Origin: the human T2T-CHM13v2.0 reference genome, Homo sapiens
Strand: one strand, 5' to 3'
NCBI RefSeq assembly: GCF_009914755.1
Contig: NC_060926.1
DNA: 64,000 nt
Shown here one piece after another: positions 12,113 through 23,329 of this stretch. Made by a program: the position numbers and the translations under genes. The notes under the pieces are model-generated. The model ran no database searches. It saw only the letters and a program-made list of their open reading frames with translations, and had not been told where the DNA came from. Position 1 is the first letter of the stretch. Each line of letters begins with the position of its first letter.

Positions 12113-13737
12113 TGTGTCCGGAATTAGTGGGTTCTTGGTCTCACTGACTTCAAGAATGAAGCTGTGGACCCTTGCGGTGAGTGTTACAGTTCTTAAAGAT
12201 GGTGTGTCTGGAGTTAGTTCCTTCAGATGTTCAGATGTGTCCAGAGTTTCTTCCTTCTGGTGGGTTCGTGGTCTCACTGACTTCAGGAGTGAAGGCGCAG
12301 ACCTTCGTGGTCAGTGTTACAGCTCTTAAAGGCAGCACGTCTGGATTGTTCATTCCTTCTGGCGGGTTCGTGGTCTTGCTGGCTTCAGGAGTGATGCTGC
12401 AGACCTTCGTGGTGAGTGTTACAGCTCACAAAGGTGGCGTGGACCCAAAGAGCGAGCAGCAGCAAGAGTTATTTGCAAAGAGCGAAAGAACAAAGCTCCC
12501 GCAACGTGGAAGGCGACCTGAGCAGACGTGGCCCTGCTGACTCAGGCAGCCTGCTTTTGTTCCCTTATCTGGCCCCACCCACATCCTGCTGATTGGTCCA
12601 TTTTACAGAGAGCTGATTGGTCTGTTTTGACAGGGTGCTGATTGGTGTGTTTACAATCCCTGAGCTAGACACAGACTGCTGATTGGTGCATTTACAATCC
12701 TCTAGCTAGACATAGAAGTTCTCCAAGTCTTCACTAGAGTAGCTAGACACAGAGCACTGATGGTGCCTTTACAAACCTTGAGCTAGTCACAGAGTGCTGA
12801 TTGGTGCATTTACAATCCTTTAGCTAGACATAAAATTTCTCCAAATCCCCACCAGATTAGCTAGATACAGAATGCTGATTGGTGCATCCACAAACCTTGA
12901 GCTAGCCACAGGGTGCTGATTGGTGCATTTACAAACCTTGAGCTAGACATAAAGTACTGATTGGTGCACTTATAAATCTTTAGCTAGACATAAAAGTTCT
13001 CCAAGTCCCCACCAGATTAGCTAGATACAGAGTGCTGATTGGTGCATCCACCAACCCCAAGCTAGACACAGTGCTGATTGGTGCATATACAATCCTCCCT
13101 CTGGACACAAAAGTTCTCCAAGTCCCTCCTGACTCAGGAGCCCAGCTGGCTTCCTGTAGTGGATCCCGCACCAGGGCCAAGGGCGGAGCTGCCTGCCAGT
13201 CCCACACCACGGGCGTGCACTCCTCAGCCCTTGGGCGGCCGATGGGACTGGCCCCTGGACAAGGGGGCGGCACCCGTCCGGGAGACTTGGCGGCAGCCCA
13301 CCGCGGTGGGGGGGCTCGGGCATGGCTGGCTGCAGGTCCCGAGCCCTGCCCCACGGGGAGGTGGCTAAGGCCCAGCGAGAATTCGAGCGCAGCGCAGGCA
13401 GGCCGGCAGTGCTGGGGAACCCAGCGCCCCCACTGCAGTTGCTGGCCCGGGTGTTAAGCCCCTCACTGCCCGGGGCCAGCGGGCCGCTCCGAGTGCAGGG
13501 CTTGTGGAGCCCGCGTCCACCTGGAACTGGCACTGGCCTGCCATAGCCACAGGCAGTCCCGGTTCCCGCCCACGCCTATCCCTCCACACCTCCCTGCAAG
13601 CAGAGGGAGCCGGCTCTGGCCTCAGCCAGCCCAGAGAGGGGCTCCCACAGTACAGCCGCAGGCTGAAGGGCTCCTCAAGTGTGGCCAGAGTGGGCACCCA
13701 GAGGGAGCGAGGACTGCCAGCACACTGTCACCTCTCA
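12113..13737 (-). mobile_element. LTR12C-type (ERV9) solo LTR, full length 1625 bp
   Basis: Minus strand runs TGAGAGGTGACAG...TTCCGGACACA; 4-bp TSD GTGT on both sides; CCAAT tandem array and CpG-rich U3. Confidence 0.95.
12590..13085 (-). promoter_or_regulatory. ERV9 U3 tandem enhancer array with 10 perfect CCAAT (NF-Y) boxes
   Basis: ATTGG at 12592, 12616, 12641, 12682, 12800, 12878, 12919, 12960, 13038 and 13078, mostly within CTGATTGGTGCATTTACAA-type units. Confidence 0.8.
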
Positions 13738-14529
13738 GTGTGATCATAGTTTTCTGTAGCCTAGAACTCCTGGGCTCAAGTGCTTCTTCCACCTCAGCCT
13801 CCTGTGTAGCTGGAACAATAGGTATAGGCCACCATGGCTGGCTAATTTTTTAATATTTTGTAGAGACAGGGTCTTTCTATGCTGCTCAAACTTTTATTTA
13901 TTTATTCTAAATAAATATAATCTTTTCAACTTAATTTCATATTTGTATAATGTATTTTTTTTTTCTTAAAGAGCAACTCCCCCAGGTGGAAAAATGTCAT
14001 GTCCCACTTCTGTTTTCCACTGACCTAGCTGTGAGCTCAGCCCAATCCAAGACCCTCAGTCCATCCAAGCCAGGGCAGGCCACACACCCAGGTTCAGCTG
14101 CTCCCTCATATGATTGTTAAAATAAGGTGGTGCCCCATTTCTCCTCCAAGAGACTAACTCTGGGCTTCAGTGGGCCAAAAGTAACTTCTGGATGTTCATG
14201 CAGCCCCTTAAATTAAAGGGCCAGCTGACTTCCATAGGCCACTTATTAGGACCGGGCTTAGCTTCAGCTCAGTGAGACCATCCTACAGAACAGGCCTAGG
14301 GTCCTGGGGATGGGTTGTATTCTGAAGCATCTGAGATTAGAAGCACTCTGATCTTTGTGACTAAAACCTACTCACTGCATTCACATAAGACCCACATTTG
14401 CTCCTGGATAAATATTCCCCAGCTGTCACTCTTGCTGCCGAAAACTGTTCCACTTCTCCAGGCTTCTTTGTGCCCCCCACCCCCCAGGAGGACAGCATGT
14501 TCCTCTTCTCCTTGCTTCTTTGTCCCCCT

Positions 14530-14615
14530 TAGGAAGAGTTGAGAGCAGCAGGCTAAGTAAATTAGGCAACCTTGTTGTGAGTCCTGCGAAGGGGTCAGGG
14601 AAATATCCTGCTACA
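14530..14615 (+). mobile_element. 3' end of a MER52/LTR28-family LTR
   Basis: AAGGGGTCAGGGAAATATCCTGCTACA is nearly identical to the LTR end at 49783-49809. Confidence 0.7.
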
Positions 14616-14639
14616 CTATAATTTCTTATTTATTTATCA

Positions 14640-14750
14640 GCATTCACCAATCTAAACTCCAGGAAGGCAGGAGGATGTTCATATTGATTCTTCAATATCT
14701 ATTGCATTACCAACATGTAGTAGGTGCTCAAAAATATCAGTTAAACGAAT
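14640..14750 (+). mobile_element. L2 3' end
   Basis: TAAACTCCAGGAAGGCAGG...TAGTAGGTGCTCAAAAATAT...GAAT. Confidence 0.6.
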
Positions 14751-15140
14751 CCTTTAGTTCTATGTCTAGTGAGCGGTAAATCTTTCACTTGTTAAGTAAA
14801 ATGTACTTTTCTGATTACAAAAGTAAAAAATGCTAAATACAGAAGAGTATAGAGAAAAAAGTTGACCCATGTGATTCAGGAATATGATTTTTATAGCTTC
14901 CTGATAAATATATATGTTCAGGCATCTACTGATCATTTATGCATTTATAAGTGACATTACTATATTTACATTTCTTTGAATTTTTATCATGTAATAGGCA
15001 TTATATTAATTATTTAAATATTATTCAAAAATATGATATACGATTTTTCTGCTACATTCCATTATATGGATGTGTCATTATTTAACCAATCTAGTCTTGA
15101 AAGATATTTATTTCTAGATTTTTGTCTTCACTAATAGCCC

Positions 15141-15270
15141 TGTATTGAGCACCTCTGTATATGTGTGTGCTTGTGTGTGCGTTCACTGAGTCAGTGGGTC
15201 AGTCATTATACCCACCGACTCAGTAAACACACACACACACACACACACATATACAAGGGTGGTCATTACA
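15141..15270. repeat. Imperfect inverted repeat (~60-bp arms, 10-nt loop)
   Basis: 15141-15199 is the reverse complement of 15210-15270 with scattered mismatches. Confidence 0.88.
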
Positions 15271-15459
15271 CTGAATCAACATAACCCTTTAATCAAATTC
15301 TGGCATGAATAAATATTATTGTAAGAAGGACTGAGCTTAATTGGGCATAGAAATGATCTGTAGCACAGGATTTCATTAGTCTGAATCGAGAGCCAAATGT
15401 TGTACTAGTGAAAAAAATTAGAAAAAGAGATCATAATCTAAATAATTTAAAAAGCATGC

Positions 15460-15986
15460 CTCTTAAATTTTTCTGATGGTTTGACTTCTTGCTGCCTTCC
15501 TCAGGGTTAACTAATTCCTAGAAATGGCAAACAACTCACCTAGGAGTGTGCCTTTTATACGCCAATCAACCAATCCAGAGCCCATATCTCCCGCTGACTC
15601 CCAATGGGGTTCTTATACTCAAGGCCCTATAGCCCTGCCTTAATCACTCCAGGGTCAGATACCAGACAACTGGAGACAGCCCCTATTCCCCAGAGCCGAC
15701 TGAAATTATTAAAACTAGTCAATCCTAAACATGCTTATTTTGCCTTTCTCATTTCTTCCTGTGGAAACCACAATAGGGGCTCTTACCCAGGTTTTCCCTC
15801 AATCCCTCTGCCTCTTCACTGATGCTGGCACTTCCCCATGTGGTCCTGTGAGGTGCAGTGTGGGGTCCTTCCTTGTTTCCAGGAATCAATAAATGTAAAA
15901 AGTTTTCTTGCTTCATGACAATCATTTGCCTGTTTGAATGTCTTACCACACCTGATTAGAAAAAAATCCCAAGCACCCTTAAAACA
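15460..15986 (+). mobile_element. MER74 (ERVL) solo LTR
   Basis: AATTCCTAGAAATGGCAAACAACTC...AACCAATCCAGAGCCCATA...ACCAGACAACTGGAGACAGCCCCTAT...TTAAAACA. Confidence 0.82.
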
Positions 15987-17841
15987 AAGGGTCATGCTCA
16001 TACTCCTTTGTCACAAAAATAGAAAAGGAACAGAAGTAATGGCCAGAAAACTAAGCCTGCTCACAGACAAATGTATGTCACATTGAAATAAGTGCATGCA
16101 TGGGGCCTGGAAAGAACTCTGTACTTTCTGCTGCTTTAGACGGCAGTTTTACCCCACACATTGAACTGACAGAAGTTTCTGTCCCTTTTAAGGGTAACTT
16201 AAAGGCACCAAAATAAGACATGCTCAGAGAAGATTCAATTTATATTATTCTGTAATGGCTCCCAGTGTCTTACACACAGGAGACACTCGATAAACACATT
16301 GAATGAATCAATGATAATGGATCTAGGCAGTGTGGGACGCCTAGATACCCAACTATAATTCAGTGTGGGAAGGGATATGATAGAATTAGAACTAAGTATA
16401 GTGGAATCACAGAGGGGAGGAAGATTGATTTAACTAATACTTAGCTTCATCCCAAAGCTTCCCTTTTGCTTATCTTCTGGTGCTGCCTCTGTGCATTTCA
16501 CCCGGGAGTTCCTTCAGTCCCGGTGTATCCAGAGCTGGGGAGAAGGGATCAAACTGGAGCCTGCAGCCCCTCCTGTCTGCCCATTGTGAGGCTCAACACA
16601 GAAGCTTTATTAAAGGAGTTGAAAGTAATCATTAAAACGAGTCTTAGGGATTACCCTCAGATTTCTTTTATCCCTGCTTGCTCCTTCCCCATAGGCAAGA
16701 ATAATGAGTTGCTTGCATTTTTATTCTCGGAAAGTCAATGAAAATTTGAACTCCAGGAAGTGTATTCCATTAAAATTAGAGGAATATATCAGATAAATTG
16801 TCCAAAGAAGAATCTGCCCAAATTTAAATTTTTGAGGCAAGCTTGATTTATATTAATACAATAGAATATTACAGTTACATAAAATATTCATATGATTAAG
16901 GAGAAAATTGTCTTGAACTTGGAGCAGTTGAGACTCTGAGGAGAAAGTCTTGAAAAATTACATTATGAAAAGGTTTCTCTCTTAGGAATTTGAAATCTAT
17001 ATGAAAATTTAAAAAGAGATACACTTTTAAACTTTTCAGAGAACATTTTTTATTACATAGACTTTTTTTAAAACCACAAGTGATTGAAGTAGCTAGACGC
17101 AGGCCCAATTTTTTATTAAAGGATAACCACCAACATTATGATTACTATAATGTTTTAATATAAAATTAATACTGAGAAGTTGTTTTCCACATATGCTTCA
17201 TATATGAGTTCATATAACAATAATTCTCTAAAAAATATGTAGCTAAATTGCAGCTATGAATCACCTTTATATTTCTCAAGGAAAGATCATGAAAAAGAGC
17301 ACTGTCCCATGAGATCTACTTAATTAAATGCACCTGGCACCAAGTAGGTGTTCAATAACACTACTGAATGAATGAATGGATGAATGGGTTCTGTTTTTTC
17401 CCAGGACATCTATGTAATACCCTAGACATTTCTTAGAAAGATCTATAATGTTAATAAGCTATGATGTTTAGAGGACTCTAGTTACTAAAAATTAAGCAAC
17501 GTTTATTACTCTTACATTATGTCATATATTTATCACACATTATAAATTCCTGATATTTCTCTGATCTTTCTTCGTAAGTAAGGTCATTTTTAGGGGTTCA
17601 TTTAGTACTTCATTAATGGGACGAATTTTAAAATAAATCAGTCTCAGGTGACAAATACTTCTCTAAGTTAAAGAGAGACATGATGATGATGTTGATAAGG
17701 GGAAATAGAGAAGCAGGAAGATGAATGAGTGTGGTCTAAAAATTTTTTTAATATCATTTTATGAATTAAAAAAAGATTAAAATATTTATCATCCAGTGTC
17801 CAAATGATTAAGAAAGGATGTCCCTTCTACATGTTGCATTC

Positions 17842-18170
17842 TTTTTTTTTTCTTTCTTTCCTTCTTTCTTTCTTTCTTTTTTTTTTTTTTTTTTTTTTTT
17901 TTGAGATAGAGTTTCGCTCTTGTTGCCCAAGCTGGAGTAAAGTAGTGCAATCTCAGCTCACTGCACCCTCTGCCTCCTGGGTTCAAGCGATTATCCTGCC
18001 TCAGCCTCCTGAGTAGCTGGGATTAGAGGTGTTCATCATCACGCCCAGCTAATTTTTGTATTTTTAGTAGAGACGGGGTTCAGGATGGTCTCGATCTCCT
18101 GACCTCGTGATTCGCCCACCTCGGCCTCCCAAAGTTCTGGGATTACAGGCATGAGCCACCGCGCCCAGCT
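17842..18170 (-). mobile_element. Alu with mixed diagnostics (Sq/Sp-like right arm, Sc/Y-like left arm) and long T/CTTT tail
   Basis: GTTTCGCTCTTGTTGCCCA together with CAGGATGGTCTCGATCTCCTGACCTCGTGA; ~13-bp deletion after GACGGGGTT. Confidence 0.92.
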
Positions 18171-18360
18171 GTATTGTTTCTAACTGTTAAATCAATGCTA
18201 TATTTTTACACAAAAGGATAATGTCCATTAATCTTAACTGCAAAAGCAAAGAAAGACAAAATAGCAACAGTGTCTCCCTGAGGTTGCTATGGGGACTGAA
18301 TCAAGAGGGAGTCAATTTTTGTGACATTTACATGAGACTCTGTTTAAGACAGCAGTTGTC

Positions 18361-19755
18361 ATCCCTATCCTATGCTATCCTATCCTATGCTATCCTATCC
18401 TATGCTACGCTATGCTACGCTACGCTACGCTATGCTATGCTATGCTATGCTATGCTATCCCATCCCATCCTGTCCCTTCCCTTCCCTTCCCTTCCCTTCC
18501 CATCTCATCCCATTCTATCCCATCCCATCCCATCCCATCCCATCCCATCCCTTCATATCCTATCCTACCCTAACCTATCCTATGCTATCCTATTCCATCC
18601 TATCCTATTCCATTCTATCCATTCATATGCTATCCCACATCCCATCCTATCCTATCCTATGCTGTCCTATTCCATCGTGTCCTATCCTACCCTTTCCTAT
18701 GCTATCCCATCCCACCCCACCCCATCCCATTTCATCCTATCTTATCCCATCCCATCCCATCCCATCCCATCCCATCCCATCCCATCCCATCCCATCCTAT
18801 CCTATCCTATCCTATCCCATCCCATCCCATCCTATCCCATCCTATCCCATCCCATCCCATCCCATCCTATCCTCTCCTATCCCAACCCACCCCATGCCAC
18901 CCCATGCTATCCTATCCTATCCTACCCCATGCTATCCTCTCTTCTCCTCTCCTATCCTGTACTATCCCATCCCACCCCATGCTATCCTATTATATCCTAT
19001 TCCATCCTATCCTATCCCATCCCATTGCATCCCACCCCATCCCATCCCTTCCTTTCCTTTCCTTTCCTATCCTATCTTATGCTAGCCTATCCCATCCTAT
19101 CCTATCCTATTCTTTCTTTTCCTATCTTATCCTATCCTATCCTATCCTATCCTATCCTATCCTATCCTATCCTATCCTATTCCATCCCATCCCATCCCAT
19201 CCCATCCCATCCCATCCCCTCTCATCCTATCCTATCCTATCCTATCCTATCCTATCCTATCCTATCCTATCCTATCTTATCCCATCCCATCCCCTCTCAT
19301 CCCACCCCATTCCATCCTATCCTATCCTATCCTATCCTATTCCATCCCATCCCATCCCATCCCATCCCATCCTATCCTATCCTATCCCATCCCATCCCCT
19401 CTCATCCTATCCTATCCTATCCTATCCTATCCTATCCTATCCTAGCCCATCCCATCCCATCCCATCCCCTCTCATCCCATCCCATTCCATCCTATCCTGT
19501 CCTATCCTATCCTATCCCATCCCATCCCGTCCCGTCCCGTCTCATCCCATCCCATTCCATCCTATTCTATTCTATCCTATCCTATCCTATCCTATCCTAT
19601 CCTATCCTATCCTATCCTATCCCATCCTATCCCATCCCATCCCATCCCATCCCATCCCATCCCATCCCATCCCCTCTCATCCCATCCCATTCCATCCTAT
19701 CCTATCCTATCCTATCCTATCCTATCCTATCCTATCCTATCCTATCCTATCCCTT
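18361..19755. repeat. Compound pentanucleotide array (CCTAT/CCCAT/GCTAT/CCCTT)n, ~1.4 kb
   Basis: Direct reading; 5-bp period throughout. Confidence 0.98.
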
Positions 19756-20244
19756 CAGCTCTCTGTTCCCAGGATGGGCCCAAATTTTCTCCTGTGCTGT
19801 GTAGATGGATAAGAAAGAGATACAGAGAAACTAATGGTACTAGGGACAGTAAAATGAATGCATACTCTGTGAAGAAGTTAAATAACCAATTGAAGAAAAA
19901 CAACTAAAATGTGTAAAAAAGAAGTTTCAGCACTGATGTTGCCACAGCCTCCCCTCTCCAAAAAAAGATGCTTAGTTGTCTGGAAATAGCAACATGCCAG
20001 TCATAAAGCTCAAAGCCCAGTTTCTTATTCCCATCAGTGAGAAATCAGCAGTTTTATGGCTTTGATATCTACCTCTGCATGTCAGTAAATTAGTAGCCAA
20101 ACTATGTGAACCATGATTCAGACACACATCTGTACTATTGATTTCTTCATCATCCTGTGTTTACTTATTTTATTAAATGAATTGAGTATCTAATAGATAC
20201 TCATAATTGCTAATTAACCTTTTGCACTAGTGTGCAAATGCATC

Positions 20245-20330
20245 ATACATACATATATACATATCTGCATATATATGTACATATATACACATATTATATA
20301 TGTATATATTTACTTTTCCATTATATATGT
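20245..20330. repeat. Degenerate (TA)n/(TACA)n
   Basis: Direct reading. Confidence 0.8.
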
Positions 20331-21503
20331 ACTTAACTCCTCTTTTTCTATCACATTGACTAATCTAGTACTCGGCACCAAATGTGTACTTTGGGACATA
20401 CATTTTAATGTATAACAATATCTTACATTTGTAGAATATTTTTTAGAGAACTGCTGCCAGAATTGAATGAGACGATGAGCTATTTATAATTTCTCTCCCA
20501 AAGAGCAAACAAATCTCCTTCAAATCTTTCAAAACCTAAATTGCATTCTGATTCCTCACAAATTTAACATAATAAACTCATTCCCTTCCCATCTCCTGGC
20601 TGTCCCTTCTTCAGAGTTCTTTATTCCTCTGCTAGCAGGAGTATGCATTTCTGCTTTCAGTGATGCTTTCCTACATTTTTCTGTTGATTGAAATACTCTT
20701 TGGAGACTTTCTTTGAACTCCCTTTTTTATTTTCCCTTTTGACTTCTTGATTCCATTTCCTCCGAGATCAGATTCTCTGCTATTTCCTCCTGGGCCTCCT
20801 TACTGCGGCTCTCCTGGGGAACCCTCTATTCTGGGGATGGGAGGTGGTAGCCCTTTTCTTTCTGACCCGTCTTTCCTCATGTTTCCTCTGTTTCTTCCCT
20901 TTCATCTCCTGTGGCTCTCACACAACTTATTTTTAAAATAAAATAGACCTTGTTTGTCTCATTCCTCAACAGGAGCTAGCTTCCCACCTCCCCTGCCCCT
21001 AACTTGTCTTGCTCTATGTATTATTCACCTCAGCTTCTTTATTTTGCTATTGTGGAATCAATTCCATCAACAACCTGAAATTCACCTTTCTAATTTTCCT
21101 TGCCATATCTTCTTGGCAATGACTTTCTAAAGCTTCACTCTTCTCCTACAGCTACATTAACTTGGGCAGGGGTGACCAGCTCTTTCATTCTGGGCCTGTG
21201 AAGCTGGCCCCATGGGGCTGTCTTCTTCTCCAGCTGACATGCTTTCACGGTTTGCATAGCTATGATCTTTCTCATTACAAAAGTTACACACCATTCCATT
21301 TCTGCAAAGGCTCAGCAATGTCCTTGTTCTCCACACCTGGAGCACATTTTCTGACTGCATGGTATATTCAGATGCTCTCTTGAGCCCACCTAGCGTGGGT
21401 TTTTAGTTCTTTTCTGTGAAGGTTATATCATTAGTTACCCCTAGAAAAAGTCACAAATGGCACATAGTTAATCCTCTCCTCCTTGATTTCAAACTTTTAG
21501 AGT

Positions 21504-22049
21504 CCATTGACCCAGCCATCCCACTACTGGGTATATACCCAAAGGATTATAAAACATGCTGCTATAAAGACACATGCACACCTATGTTTGTTGCGGCACT
21601 ATTCACAATAGCAAAGACTTGGAACCAACACAAATGTCCATCAATGACACACTGGATTAAGAAAATGTGGCACATATACACCATGGAATACTATGCAGCC
21701 ATAAAAAAGGATGAGTTCGTGTCTTTTGTAGGGACATGGATGAAGCTGGAAACCATCATTCTGAGCAAACTATCGCAAGGACAGAAAACCAAACACCGCA
21801 TATTCTCACTCATAGGTGGAAATTGAACAATGAGAACACTTGGACACAGGGTGGGGAACATCACACACCTCGGCCTGTCATGGGGTGGGGGGAGGGGGGA
21901 GGGATAGCATTAGGAGATATACCTGATGTAAATGATGAGTTAACGGGTGCAGCATACCAACATGGCACATGTATACATATGTAACAAACCTGCACGTTGT
22001 GCACATGTACCCTAGAACTTAAAGTATAATAAAAAATAAAAATAAAAAA
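21504..22049 (+). mobile_element. L1PA (PA4-6, likely L1PA5) 3' end, 5'-truncated
   Basis: Encodes the ORF2p C-terminus (DPAIPLLGIYPKDYK...HRIFSLIGGN*), G-rich 3'UTR, CCTAGAACTTAAAGTATAATAAA and A tail. Confidence 0.95.
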
Positions 22050-22392
22050 CTAAAATTTATTTATCAAACAAACAAAAAAAGAAATCCTAAACCTCCAGGT
22101 TGTTTTCATAAGAATTCATAGGGAGGGGGCTGCTTGCCTCATGTAAGAAACATGATTCCACAAATTCACAGTAATTTTCCTAAGTTAGATGGGGGGACAG
22201 CTTTTAGAAACCTTTATTTAAACTTCTAAAATAAATGAGATAGAATATCACCTGGAATTGGAAGTGTTTCTCAAATCTGCCCTACCTACCCACCTCTACT
22301 TGTGTGCATAACTTCCTGCCTGACTTTATACTTTAGTCCTTTTCGTTAGTGGCCACACTCTCTTTTTCTCTATCAGAGATAACAGTATAGTG

Positions 22393-22618
22393 CAGGAGTC
22401 AGCAAACTATCACCCACAAGCCAAATCAGACCCACCAACTGTTTTTGTAAAGAAAGATTTTCTGGAACAGTCATGCTCATTTGTTACGTATTGCCTATGG
22501 CTGCTTTTGCACTACAAGGGCAGAGTAGAGTAGTTTCAACAGAGATCAAATGGCCTGCAAAGTTAAAACTATTTCCTGTCTGGCCTTTTATAGAAAAAAA
22601 AAAAATTGCCAACCCCTG
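22393..22618 (+). mobile_element. MER58A (hAT-Charlie)
   Basis: TIRs CAGGAGTCAGCAAA / TTGCCAACCCCTG; degenerate 8-bp TSD GTATAGTG/ATGTAGTG. Confidence 0.9.
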
Positions 22619-23037
22619 ATGTAGTGCCAAGACTGTATTGCTCTATTTTCTTGCCATTAATTTTCTTTTTAACCTCTCATTTCAACTTTATTTCTTCCTT
22701 TCTTCTGGTTAGTCTCAACAGCTTATACATTTCAATTCTTTTGACCCTGTACATTATTATGTATCTTTATCATGATGCATTCACTAGAATCATTTATAAG
22801 GTGCTCTATGTAGTCTTCATACTTTTTCTCCTGATACAGTTTCCAAAATCAAGCCAGTTTCTCTGTGAAGCTAAAGATCCACATCAAAATTCTTAATTCT
22901 TGGTACTGTAGTTAAAGAAGATAACATTCATTGAGTATTCATCATATTTGTTCAGGATTTATTCACTCCTTTGCTGGCAGTGGGCTCCAATCCTTGTCAA
23001 GGTGATTCTCCTGCTGCACTAATTGAAATTCTATGTA

Positions 23038-23329
23038 TTTTTTTTTGAGACAGGGTCTTGCTCTGTCACTCAGGCTAGAGTGCAGTGACACAATCTAAGT
23101 TCACTGCAGCCTCAACCTCCTAGGTTGAAGAGCTCTTCCCACCTCAGTCTCCTGAGTAGTTGGGACTACAGGCACATACTGCTACACCCGTCTAATTTTT
23201 TGTCTTTTTGGTGGAGATGGGGTTTTGCCATGTTGCTCAGGCTGGTCTCAAACCCCTGAGCTCAAGTGATTCACCTGCCTCGACCTCCCAAAGTGCTGGG
23301 ATTACAGGCATGAGCCACCATGCCCAGCC
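23038..23329 (-). mobile_element. AluJb
   Basis: GAGACAGGGTCTTGCTCTG...CTGAGCTCAAGTGAT; degenerate TSD TGAAATTCTAT/TAAAATTCCAT. Confidence 0.93.

Larger units (their letters stand above)
12043..13888 (-). mobile_element. AluJ split by LTR12C (12043-12112 and 13738-13888), 5'-truncated
   Basis: ...CCCAGGCTCAAGTGCAGTGGTGT, then LTR, then GTGTGATCATAG...CTCCTGGGCTCAAG continues in register. Confidence 0.9.
10537..14010 (+). mobile_element. Zaphod/MER115-like hAT-Tip100 fossil, interrupted by AluJ and LTR12C
   Basis: CAGTGGCAGGTTTTCCATGAA...AGTGGGATATTTTTATGTG...TTATTGCTAGCC...ATAGGAAT matches the recalled 5' part; 3' boundary near TTTTCTTAAAGAG is tentative. Confidence 0.55.

Noticed and set aside
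12590-13085. Regularly spaced repeats resembling a CRISPR array
   Set aside because: These are ERV9 U3 enhancer repeats; the spacers are not unique, the context is eukaryotic and there are no cas genes
12065-13743. Cluster of overlapping ORFs up to 170 aa
   Set aside because: All lie within the GC-rich LTR12C, where stop codons are rare
18361-19755. Classical satellite II/III or telomeric repeat
   Set aside because: The dominant units are CCTAT/CCCAT, not CATTC or TTAGGG
18221-19812. Long ORFs of 527, 237 and 302 aa as protein-coding genes
   Set aside because: Translations of a stop-free pentamer repeat; same peptide in all frames; no domain content
21416-21826. 136-aa ORF with recognisable protein sequence
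   Set aside because: It is the L1 ORF2p C-terminus of a truncated L1PA, with a chance non-ATG upstream extension
21882-21903. G-quadruplex motif
   Set aside because: Standard L1PA 3'UTR G-tract present in very many copies
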